From positions 2,005-66,004 of the forward strand of contig JAJHQS010000003.1 in assembly GCA_020833225.1 (NCBI GenBank): 64,000 bases of DNA. The letters are read 5' to 3'. Made by a program: the position numbers and the translations under genes. Under the pieces are notes generated by a model, which saw only the letters and a program-made list of their open reading frames with translations, was not told the origin of the DNA and made no database searches. Source of the DNA: Desulfurococcaceae archaeon (lineage in GTDB: Archaea; Thermoproteota; Thermoprotei_A; Sulfolobales; Desulfurococcaceae). Of this stretch, positions 1-8,112 are shown one piece after another (positions within the stretch are counted from its first letter, which is position 1; each line of letters begins with the position of its first letter).

Positions 1-672
1 GTCCGCGTAGGGTAATGCTATGTCTATTCTATGCTCAATTACGAGAAATGTTACATCTGTTTTTGTTAATAGATCTCTTAGTTTCGAAAATATGTCATGT
101 GAATACTTAGGATCTGTCCCACCAATAGGCTCATCTAGAGCAATAAGCTTAGCATTTGCAGCAAGAGCACGTGCTACTTCAAGCATTTTAAGTTGACCAG
201 CACCAAGTCTAAATGCCTCAAAATTCCACACTTTATCTAATCCAACTAGTTTAAGTATTCTGTAAGCTCTCTCAACTCTCTCCTCTTCTTCTCTAATCCA
301 CTTCCAACGTGTCACTGGCGAGAGTGGATCTTCCCCACTACCACTCATAGCTGCAAGAACATTTTCTAAAACAGTGAGAGCTAAGAATGGTTGTGGTATT
401 TGAAAAGACCTCACAAAACCAGCCTTATAAACCATGTGTGAAGGCCAACCAGTTATATCTATCTTCTCCCTTCCACTAGGATTATAATAAACTCTACCAT
501 CATCAGGCTTTTTAACACCAGTACACAAGTTAACTAAAGTCGTCTTCCCAGCACCATTAGGACCTATGAGTAAAGTCAACTTATTCCTCTCAACTCTAAT
601 ATTAACATGGTCAACAGCCACTAGCCCACCAAATCTCTTAGTTAAATCTACTGTTTCAAGAATATATGACAC
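1..672 (-). CDS. livG: Branched-chain amino-acid ABC transporter ATPase (LivG-like); C-terminal end lies beyond the window start
   Basis: Hand translation of the minus strand from GTG at 670-672 gives VSYILETVDLTKRFGGLVAVDHVNIRVERNKLTLLIGPNGAGKTT (Walker A). The frame stays open to position 1. It sits next to livK/H/M-like genes. Confidence 0.75.
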   Translation of the reverse strand, partial: MSYILETVDLTKRFGGLVAVDHVNIRVERNKLTLLIGPNGAGKTTLVNLCTGVKKPDDGRVYYNPSGREKIDITGWPSHMVYKAGFVRSFQIPQPFLALTVLENVLAAMSGSGEDPLSPVTRWKWIREEEERVERAYRILKLVGLDKVWNFEAFRLGAGQLKMLEVARALAANAKLIALDEPIGGTDPKYSHDIFSKLRDLLTKTDVTFLVIEHRIDIALPYAD

Positions 673-745
673 ACATACTCACCCATTTTAATACTAAACT
701 AAGTTAATTTAAGGAATAAATGGTTATAAAAAGGTTAAAAACAAA

Positions 746-2053
746 TTATTCATACCATTCAATAGTTTCAGTTAATCCTTTATAGAGTCCAATTACTTTC
801 CACTCATATGTACCATTAACCTTTACAATAGCCCAAATATCGTAATCTGCTATTACCCTATCACCGTTCTCATCAAGTTTAATATATCCAGATGCTCCTA
901 GATATTTTTCAAGAACATATGGTAATATTTCTTTTACCTTAACTGGATCATATGTACCTACAGCGTCTAATGCTAATGCAATTGACCAAGCTATGTCATA
1001 AGCAAAGTATGTGTAACCCATGGGGTCTAATCCAAGTTTTTCTCTCACTAATTTCTTTATTTTTTCACCATGTGGAGATATGCCTGGCGATGCCATGGTG
1101 TTATAGAATTTAACAGCCATAGCCATTTCTGCTACAGCTGGCTCTAGTAGTGGCGCTATTGCTGCTGTGCCATCAGAACCCTCCCACTGGACTTCCCATA
1201 GTATTGGGTAAGCTTTCGCAGCTGCAAAGAAAGCTGCAGCTTCTTCGAAAGCTATTAGTAATACTCCGACTTTGTCTTTACCATATTTAGCTACTGCGTC
1301 ATTAACATATCTCGCTAGTGCTGCGGCTTCTACAGAGAACTCTTTAGCCGCTGGATCATATCTAATAGCATACTCGTCTAATACGCCACAACTCTCACCG
1401 CTAGCTTTACAGATCTCCATGAAATACTCTGACGTATATCTTTTTAATCCATCACCCCACGTATCACCTCTCCACACTGGTATAATCCATCTCACACCAC
1501 GTAGCCATAAGATCTTAGCGATAGCTTTACCTTGAACTATATCGTTTGGTGTATATCTGAGTCCCATATCTGGTTTTGCTAAAGCAGGTGATGTTGATGA
1601 TGGTGAAATTATTAGTAAGTTATTTGCATCACAGTAGGGCAGAGATTCTGAGAGCTCAGCACTAGATGCTCCTCCAATAAATATCTTTATTCCAGCTCCA
1701 TGTAATGCTAGGAGCTTGTCGTAATGCGTCTTTGGATCAGTAGCTGTATCCTCAATTACAAATCTTATTCTCCACGGTTTACCAGCGGCTTCGAGATACT
1801 CATTTATCTCCTTCTCTGCAAGCTCTAATATAACTTTATATTGAGCTCCAAATGTTGAGAGCACACCTGTCATGGGGAGAAGTGCACCTATTTTTACTTC
1901 TCCAGTTAATCCCACTGGTGCTGGAGTAGGCGTAACGGGTGCTGGTTTCGGGGCTGTTGCAATTCCAATACCATATCCAATTACAATGCCAACTACTAGG
2001 AGAACTGCGGCTATTATATAGGGTGTTCTAATTTTAGCCGCTGTAGCCGACAT
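746..2053 (-). CDS. Branched-chain amino-acid ABC transporter substrate-binding protein (LivK-like) with an N-terminal membrane anchor
   Basis: ORF 746..2122. The likely true start is ATG 2051-2053 (MSATAAKIRTPYIIAAVLLVVG anchor), preceded by GGAGGG. A Pro/Thr linker PKPAPVTPTPAP is followed by a LivK-like body. Liv gene context supports the call. Confidence 0.75.
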   Translation of the reverse strand: MSATAAKIRTPYIIAAVLLVVGIVIGYGIGIATAPKPAPVTPTPAPVGLTGEVKIGALLPMTGVLSTFGAQYKVILELAEKEINEYLEAAGKPWRIRFVIEDTATDPKTHYDKLLALHGAGIKIFIGGASSAELSESLPYCDANNLLIISPSSTSPALAKPDMGLRYTPNDIVQGKAIAKILWLRGVRWIIPVWRGDTWGDGLKRYTSEYFMEICKASGESCGVLDEYAIRYDPAAKEFSVEAAALARYVNDAVAKYGKDKVGVLLIAFEEAAAFFAAAKAYPILWEVQWEGSDGTAAIAPLLEPAVAEMAMAVKFYNTMASPGISPHGEKIKKLVREKLGLDPMGYTYFAYDIAWSIALALDAVGTYDPVKVKEILPYVLEKYLGASGYIKLDENGDRVIADYDIWAIVKVNGTYEWKVIGLYKGLTETIEWYE

Positions 2054-2084
2054 TATTTCACCCTCCTTTTCTTCTCTATTAATG

Positions 2085-2108
2085 CAAATATTTATACAAA
2101 TATTTATA
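2085..2108. promoter_or_regulatory. Tandem 12-nt repeat (caaatatttata x2) carrying TATA-like boxes in the divergent livK/livH intergenic region
   Basis: Exact direct repeat at 2085-2096 and 2097-2108. TTTATA (plus) and TATAAA (minus) lie about 35-45 nt from the two divergent start codons. Confidence 0.35.
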
Positions 2109-2146
2109 AATTTTTCTTCCAATTTTAGTGGGCAGGGGTGTGAGCA

Positions 2147-3061
2147 TTGTTAGATTTAATTGTGAAGGCTGTAGCATACTCTAGTTGTATTGGTATAGGT
2201 GCAGCGGCCATAGCATTAATATATAGTGCTACAAAAACGTTCAATTTTGCACATGCATCTCTAGTTTCATGGGGGATGTATGTGATGTTTGCTGGGACCT
2301 ATTTATTAGGTTATACACCATATCTCTATATTCCATTTACTATCCTCGTAGGTGCAGCACTTGGATTAGTTATATATGGAGGTGTAAATAGGTGGTTATT
2401 AAAAGCTAAGGCTTCTGAAATAAATTTAATGATGTCAACACTCGGAGCGGATTTAGTATTATTCGGCTTCTTAAATATATATTCAGATTACTTATTACAA
2501 ACATATAAAATCCCCGCCAAGTACTTCGTACTCGAAGTGAAAGATGTAGTGTTTAAAATTGGAAATGTTAATATAAGGCTTATAGGTATAATAGCACCTC
2601 TCATATTAGTCACTATTGTAATACTTCTACACATGTTCCTCACAAAGACTAAGATAGGTATTGCTATGAGAGCATCTATAGAAAATCCAGATTTAGCTAG
2701 TGTTAGTGGAGTTAACATCGACTTAACATATGTCTTAGCATGGCTTATTGGTGGAGGTCTTGCAACTCTTAGTGGAGGCTTACTTTCACTTATAGTTACA
2801 GGATATACAGCGGCTGGTATGACTATGATTGTCTCCTTTTTCGCAGGAGCTATTGTAGGTGGACTTTACTCGATATTTGGTAGTCTTCTCGGGGGACTAC
2901 TCGTTGGTCTCAGCGAGTTCTTAGGAATAACACTACTAGCTAGTATTGCAGGTGGCTGGATATATGCATATAGACCAGCAATACCGCTAGCAGCACTTGC
3001 AATAACATTATTATTAAAGCCTGAGGGTCTTGCAGGGTTCTTTGTGAAGGTGAGAGAGTAA
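2147..3061 (+). CDS. livH: Branched-chain amino-acid ABC transporter permease (LivH-like)
   Basis: 304-aa polytopic membrane protein, TTG start after GGCAGGGGTG. Typical LivH length and hydrophobicity. Its stop overlaps the next permease start (3061). Confidence 0.8.
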   Translation: MLDLIVKAVAYSSCIGIGAAAIALIYSATKTFNFAHASLVSWGMYVMFAGTYLLGYTPYLYIPFTILVGAALGLVIYGGVNRWLLKAKASEINLMMSTLGADLVLFGFLNIYSDYLLQTYKIPAKYFVLEVKDVVFKIGNVNIRLIGIIAPLILVTIVILLHMFLTKTKIGIAMRASIENPDLASVSGVNIDLTYVLAWLIGGGLATLSGGLLSLIVTGYTAAGMTMIVSFFAGAIVGGLYSIFGSLLGGLLVGLSEFLGITLLASIAGGWIYAYRPAIPLAALAITLLLKPEGLAGFFVKVRE

Positions 3062-4122
3062 TGATCCCGCCAGAAATACTCTTAATTATAATAAACTTCG
3101 CAATAGGGTTAATTATAACAATAAGTTTAAATATAGAAGTTGGATTACTCAATATACCGCAGTTTGGAAGGCTTTTAGCCGTGATAATAGGGGCTATTGT
3201 AGCGGCAGCAGTGCCTGGAAGAATACTGGCAGTTATGCTTGGATATCCATGGGGTGTTGAGTATGCTGATCACATGTATAACTTTAAAATAGTAGCAGGG
3301 ATCAATAAAGTTCTTGCTAATAATCCACTATTATCAATAGGCATATTTATTTTAACACTCATAATTGCAGCACTATTAGGTGGATTAATAGGATATCTTT
3401 GTGCATATCCGGCGATAAGATTAAAACTAGCATATTTAGGCATAACATTATTAGCATTTGGAGATCTAGTAGTTACTATAGCGTGGAACTATGAACCATT
3501 AGTTGGAGGAACTACTGGAGTATTTGTTATAGATCCATTTGTATTTACTGGTCCAGCTATGAGATTTACTATAGCTGCATTTATAACATTAATAGTAGCC
3601 TTAGCTCTCTACGTGTATGCTGAATTATTAGTGAGATCTCCATATGGTAGAATGCTTAAAGCTATTAGAGATTCTGAAATAGCTGCAGGCATCTATGGTA
3701 AAGATATAGTCAAGGCGAAGAAACAGATCTTAATTATAGGGGGAGCTATGGCAGCTGTAGCTGGAGCTCTCTGGGCTCTTTTCACAGGTAGTATGAAGGC
3801 TGTAACATATACTAGGCTTCAATGGACATTTTGGCCTTGGGCTTTTATGATGCTTGGTGGTGTAGGCAATAATTTGGGCATCTTCATAGGAGTACTCATA
3901 TATACTATTGTAAGATTCCTCATTATAGTCTATAAGGGAGTTATAAGTACGATAGTTGGAGTAAGTCCAGAATGGCTTGAATATATCCTTGTAGGATTAC
4001 TAATCATAATCATAGTGTTATTTAGACCTCAAGGACTATTACCTGAAAAACCAACTTACAGTATACCTACGAGAAAAATAGTATCTATTATTAAGAGAGT
4101 TGAAGAAGAAGGAGGGAAATAA
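3061..4122 (+). CDS. livM: Branched-chain amino-acid ABC transporter permease (LivM-like)
   Basis: 353-aa polytopic membrane protein, translationally coupled to livH. Contains the cytoplasmic loop RSPYGRMLKAIRDSEIAAGIYG typical of LivM. Confidence 0.8.
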   Translation: MIPPEILLIIINFAIGLIITISLNIEVGLLNIPQFGRLLAVIIGAIVAAAVPGRILAVMLGYPWGVEYADHMYNFKIVAGINKVLANNPLLSIGIFILTLIIAALLGGLIGYLCAYPAIRLKLAYLGITLLAFGDLVVTIAWNYEPLVGGTTGVFVIDPFVFTGPAMRFTIAAFITLIVALALYVYAELLVRSPYGRMLKAIRDSEIAAGIYGKDIVKAKKQILIIGGAMAAVAGALWALFTGSMKAVTYTRLQWTFWPWAFMMLGGVGNNLGIFIGVLIYTIVRFLIIVYKGVISTIVGVSPEWLEYILVGLLIIIIVLFRPQGLLPEKPTYSIPTRKIVSIIKRVEEEGGK

Positions 4123-4336
4123 GAAAAATCCTACGACTAAAGAGCAATATTTGCTATTAGTCGGAAAAGAATAAAGGAATACTACTAGAGAAGACTGAAA
4201 GACATACTTAATTTACAAAGAAGTGAAATTTGTTTCTATAATAATCCTGATATCTGTGTTAAATTTGCTCGGCAAATAAAAGGAGATCTGGTGATGTTGA
4301 CTAGAGATTCTCTTATGAGGAAAATGTTTTTTATTT

Positions 4337-4588
4337 TTAATCTATAGCTGGAATATTCGCCTGATCCTTGGCCATATCTATAAATTCATCTACGCTCATG
4401 TCAGCTATTTTAGCAGCTGTTCTATAATCGCCTGTCTCAATGTAGTATTCTAATGCCACCCTGATCTTTGGCGGCTGAGATCTTATAAAATCCCAGTTAG
4501 CATATTTTCTCCTAATTTCTCGAGCTTCTTTAAATCGTTTAATCCATTCTCTAAGCTTTTCTTCATTAATCTTCACTAATATCACCAT
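4337..4588 (-). CDS. UPF0175-family antitoxin-like protein (copy 2, downstream of the toxin)
   Basis: 83 aa. The C-terminal RVALEYYIETGDYRTAAKIADMSVDEFIDMAKDQANIP matches the UPF0175 pattern. Overlaps the PIN gene 3' end by 23 nt. Confidence 0.6.
   Translation of the reverse strand: MVILVKINEEKLREWIKRFKEAREIRRKYANWDFIRSQPPKIRVALEYYIETGDYRTAAKIADMSVDEFIDMAKDQANIPAID
4431..4534. repeat. 104-nt near-identical repeat, copy A (inside antitoxin copy 2)
   Basis: Only 2 mismatches against 5174-5277, while flanking codons of the two genes have diverged. Confidence 0.9.
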
Positions 4589-5090
4589 ATCTGATGAGGT
4601 CTTGTTTAGGATATATCCTCTTAGTCTCTCGCTGATAAAGCTCTAATTCTTCTTTGAAACTATTTACATAATTTAATCTCCATAACTTATAGAGAACATC
4701 AATAGCTCTCCACACCACAACATCATGGTATTCGGGATCATAGCTTCTCAATGCTAATGCACCTCCATTTTCAGTTAAAACTATGAGATTAAATCTTTTA
4801 CCAACAACTAGGCAAAATGCTTCTGGATAATCTACTGGTCTCACTGGAAATCTCCTACTTTTAGCAACTAGATCTAATGCTTCCCTAGAAATATCAGGTA
4901 ATTCAGGAAATATGGCCAATTTTCCTTCTTCTAAACTCTCAGAAATCCATATCAATGTACGTTCACTTTTAATCTCTGCGAGAACGCTTTCCGGGATGTA
5001 GATGAGATCAAAGATCTTAAATATAGATTTACTTTTTGAATATCTAACCCAATCTATTATAAATGATGTATCAGCTATAGCATTAGCCAA
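4566..5090 (-). CDS. PIN-like nuclease toxin (DUF3368-like)
   Basis: 174 aa. N-terminal ADTSFIIDW acidic motif and an internal LIVLTENGGA segment. It sits between two UPF0175 genes with 8-nt and 23-nt overlaps. UPF0175/DUF3368 is a known TA pairing. Confidence 0.55.
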   Translation of the reverse strand: MANAIADTSFIIDWVRYSKSKSIFKIFDLIYIPESVLAEIKSERTLIWISESLEEGKLAIFPELPDISREALDLVAKSRRFPVRPVDYPEAFCLVVGKRFNLIVLTENGGALALRSYDPEYHDVVVWRAIDVLYKLWRLNYVNSFKEELELYQRETKRIYPKQDLIRYGDISED

Positions 5091-5343
5091 TACTCGGAAT
5101 CCCTGCTTTAATCCTTAACTCATTAAACTCATCCATAGTCATACCAGCTATTTTAGCAGCATTATACAAGTCCCCTGTCTCAATGTAGTATTCTAATGCT
5201 ACCCTGATCTTTGGCGGCTGAGATCTTATAAAATTCCAGTTAGCATATTTTCTCCTAATTTCTCGAGCTTCTTTAAAATACTCGAGCCACTCATCAAGCT
5301 TATCACTAATACTTGAATACTTTGACAAAATACTCACACCCAT
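5083..5343 (-). CDS. UPF0175-family antitoxin-like protein (copy 1, upstream of the toxin)
   Basis: 86 aa. Contains FKEAREIRRKYANWNFIRSQPPKIRVALEYYIETGD...AAKIAGMTMDEF. Overlaps the PIN gene start by 8 nt. Confidence 0.6.
   Translation of the reverse strand: MGVSILSKYSSISDKLDEWLEYFKEAREIRRKYANWNFIRSQPPKIRVALEYYIETGDLYNAAKIAGMTMDEFNELRIKAGIPSIG
5174..5277. repeat. 104-nt near-identical repeat, copy B (inside antitoxin copy 1)
   Basis: See 4431-4534; 102/104 identical by eye. Confidence 0.9.
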
Positions 5344-5481
5344 GTATATATTATTTGAAACTTAAAATATCTCTAATCTAGCCAAGAACTGCTTCATTAA
5401 CACCTGATCCCTAGAATTCACGTGATGTTCGCTTAAAACCAAGCTTAAGTATGCTTTTAAGTATAGCTATTACAAGTAGAT

Positions 5482-5913
5482 ATGTACTTGAGGATTTACT
5501 TGAGTTATGAGAGATATAAAGACTGATTTGGAGAAGCTATTGATGACTTAGAGACTGCTCAAGGACTCCTCCAGATAGGAAAATGGAGTAAGGTGTGTTT
5601 TTCCCGCATCAAGCAGTAGAGAAAGCTCTCAAAGCACTTTGTATTAAAAGACTTGGTGTCTATCTGCGTACACATAGTGTTATGAGATTAGTAGAGGAGG
5701 CTACTAGTATTGTCAATATACCTGGAGATCTTGTTGAGAGAATTAAGAGACTTGATAGGTATTATATTCCCACATATTCCAACTAGATATTCTAGTGCAT
5801 GGTCAGCTCTACCTCCACATAAACACTATAGTAGGAGTGAGAGTGAAGAGGCATTAGGAGTAGCGGTGGAGATTATTGAATTTGTTAAAAGAGAAGTTGA
5901 GAGAGATCTTTAG
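5482..5913 (+). pseudogene. HEPN-domain gene (toxin partner of MNT) disrupted by three lesions
   Basis: Stitched reading: MYLRIYLSYERYKD[TGA 5524-5526, Trp expected]FGEAIDDLETAQGLLQIGKWSKVCF / frameshift in the T5 run 5598-5602 / HQAVEKALKALCIKRLG...RLDRYYIP / 10-bp tandem duplication 5764-5773|5774-5783 / TRYSSAW...EEALGVAVEIIEFVKREV. Removing one 10-mer restores YYIPTRY in frame. Confidence 0.7.
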
Positions 5914-5971
5914 TAGTGATAATATATGAGACCTAATAGAGCCATTAGAACAACTATTAGACAGAATTATA

Positions 5972-6190
5972 ATGGAGCTAAGACCTTTAAGAATAATCAT
6001 TACAGGATCTCTAGGTGAGAGAAAATTTGTGAGAGGACTTAGTGATATTGACATATTAGTTATCACAGACTACAAACCAGGCGATAAGAGATTTATATTG
6101 ACCTCTGTGAGAGATGTAGATGTAGAGATCACAGTTAAATCTACACATGAGCTAGAGAAAGCCTCCGAGAGAACAGGGAGTTTTATGTAA
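5972..6190 (+). CDS. Minimal nucleotidyltransferase (MNT, Pol-beta superfamily), short
   Basis: ITGSLGERKFVRGLSDIDILVI matches the GS-x(9-13)-D-x-D motif. Lies immediately downstream of the HEPN remnant. Confidence 0.65.
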   Translation: MELRPLRIIITGSLGERKFVRGLSDIDILVITDYKPGDKRFILTSVRDVDVEITVKSTHELEKASERTGSFM

Positions 6191-6341
6191 ATACATTAAG
6201 ACAGGGAATAGTAGTTTTCACAGTTGAAACTGCTAGCTACAATTAATTTAAACATTTGAATAAGGGATTTTTGTCTAATCTATTTCTAATCTATTTATAT
6301 AAATCCTCTGAGTATATTTACATCTGGCTGCTAAGATCTCG

Positions 6342-6809
6342 TTATTTTGATCTCCTCATAGTTTTCCCTATTTCATCTCTAAAACACCAGAAACCCTCGG
6401 CAAAGTCTAATACAGCTATTCCTAATTTACCAGCTAACTTATCACTAATTAAGGGCTCTTCAGCTTTCTCACTAATAACTAGTGATGTCTCTACTGGACC
6501 TACAATTCTATCCTCTTCTACAACATAGATTAGAACTGCTCTTGGTATTTTAATAAGCCTCGTGATGCTGCCATCAGCGAGCATATATTCCCTAATAATA
6601 GCACCCTGGGGTAATCGCGGATATAAGAAGAGATCTCTAGCAGTAGTTGATGGTACTAATATTTCGGGTTCAAAGGTCTCATATCCACTATTAAGTAACG
6701 CTATAATCTCAATACTATTATTATTTCTTACTAGTTTCAGTTTTAACCTCACTGCCACTCTTCTCACTCTCTTCAATAGGGCGAAGTCTTCCAATTTTCT
6801 CAATAACAA
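6342..6809 (-). CDS. Hypothetical protein, possibly a retropepsin-like (clan AA) fold lacking the canonical DTG
   Basis: 155 aa. The layout resembles archaeal predicted aspartyl proteases, but LLNSGYE replaces the DTGA motif. Weak call. Confidence 0.3.
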   Translation of the reverse strand: MLLRKLEDFALLKRVRRVAVRLKLKLVRNNNSIEIIALLNSGYETFEPEILVPSTTARDLFLYPRLPQGAIIREYMLADGSITRLIKIPRAVLIYVVEEDRIVGPVETSLVISEKAEEPLISDKLAGKLGIAVLDFAEGFWCFRDEIGKTMRRSK

Positions 6810-6999
6810 CTTCTTTCAAATATCCTATCTTACTCACACCCTTCTCCACTAATACACCCCCTGATACTAGATATCTAGATATGCCTAGAGCTTTAAATTC
6901 GTATTCAAAATTCAAATATAAGTGATTTAGAAACAAGTCTAAAAGATCTTCTTATAAATAACCTATTTAACTTCTACACTATTCTCATTGTCATGTATA

Positions 7000-7488
7000 T
7001 TAACTCTCTCTTATTCTCTTAGCGATCTCCTCAATAAGCCTCTTAATTCTTTTATAAGCTTCTTCTAAGTCTTCTCTACTACACCAACCTTCGTAGAAAC
7101 AAATATGCATACTATTAGCAACCATCCAAGAATCATATACCCATTCTCCAAGTTCTTTTTCAACAATTCTCCTATACTCCCATAATTCTCCATGGCTAAC
7201 TAGACGTCTCTTATCTCTCCACCAAGCATAAGCTTTTATAGCTAATGATGTGGCACCCCACAGTTTCTCTGCTCCTTGCCTAATATCCCCTCTCTTAACC
7301 TCTTCAATGGCCTGCTCTAATAAGCCAAGAGAAGCCTCAATGTATTCGTGGGCTCTCTCTAGAGGATCTAGTGAAGATGAGATAAGTTCAATAACGTATT
7401 CTTCTACACTCATATCTAACTTTTTAGCTTCTCTACTAAGTTTTTCAATTATACTATATGGAAGCCTAAGAATAACAGATTTCGCCAT
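7000..7488 (-). CDS. PaREP1-family protein with an N-terminal ribbon-helix-helix (CopG-like) segment
   Basis: Likely start ATG 7486-7488 after AGGGGG. VILRLPYSIIEKLSREAKKLDMSVEEYVIELI looks like an RHH. AEKLWGATSLAIKAYAWW...SHGELW...ANSMHICFYEG is the PaREP1 signature. Confidence 0.65.
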   Translation of the reverse strand: MAKSVILRLPYSIIEKLSREAKKLDMSVEEYVIELISSSLDPLERAHEYIEASLGLLEQAIEEVKRGDIRQGAEKLWGATSLAIKAYAWWRDKRRLVSHGELWEYRRIVEKELGEWVYDSWMVANSMHICFYEGWCSREDLEEAYKRIKRLIEEIAKRIRES

Positions 7489-7803
7489 GAAACCCCCTAT
7501 AGACATCTATATACTTTATTATATTAAATTAATTTAAATAGATCGTCATAGGGTCTAATAGCATTAAAAATGTAACTAAAGTTCTTGACGTAGATATTAA
7601 TAATGGAGAAAAAGCGTTCATGACGTAACCTCTTAGAAAGCATTAAAGTGAATTATAGATCAGATCATTTTAAAGAGATCTCAACGACCCTCTAATCTTT
7701 AGAAGTCATGAATACATACCATCTAAGTATTTTTTAGTTAAAAATCCTGTGTGATATTATACTGGACTAGATATGATATAGATAGTTATTTGAAGGTGTT
7801 TTT

Positions 7804-8109
7804 ATGAGCAGTATTATGAGAGACATAGAAGCTGAAGCAGAGAAGATTGTTGAAGAGGCTAAGAGAAGGGCCGAGGAGATCTTAAGAGAGGCTAGGAGGA
7901 AGGCAGCTGAGATATTAGAAGATAAGTCTTATCTTGTAGAACTCACAGCTGAGAGGAAAAAACTAGAAGAGAGTATTGAGCGTGAAGCCAAACGAATAAT
8001 TGAAGAAGCTGAGAAAACTGCAAATAAATTAAGAGAAAGCCTTAGTAAAAGAGTTATTAATTATGCTAAGCGCATTGCTTCTATAGTTGCAGGCATAGAG
8101 GTCGAGTGA
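7804..8109 (+). CDS. atpH: A-type ATPase subunit H
   Basis: 101 aa, charged coiled coil (EAEAEKIVEEAKRRAEEILREARRKAAE). First gene of the ATPase operon. Confidence 0.7.
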   Translation: MSSIMRDIEAEAEKIVEEAKRRAEEILREARRKAAEILEDKSYLVELTAERKKLEESIEREAKRIIEEAEKTANKLRESLSKRVINYAKRIASIVAGIEVE

Positions 8110-8112
8110 CAT

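Noticed and set aside
2054-2122. N-terminal extension MEEKFINICINICINREEKEGEI of the LivK-like ORF
   Set aside because: It translates the AT-rich tandem TATA-like repeat in the divergent promoter region. A GGAGGG site precedes the internal ATG at 2053, and that ATG is followed by a normal signal anchor.
4134-4163. Imperfect hairpin (cgactaa..gcaa tat ttgc..ttagtcg) 12 nt after the livM stop, a possible terminator
   Set aside because: The stem is short and AT-rich with an internal loop. Archaeal termination generally relies on oligo-T tracts rather than hairpins, and there is no strong T-run directly after it. I left it unannotated.
6284-6305. Direct 11-nt repeat tctaatctatt x2 in the 6191-6341 spacer
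   Set aside because: There are only two copies in AT-rich intergenic DNA with no flanking structure, so it is compatible with chance or replication slippage.
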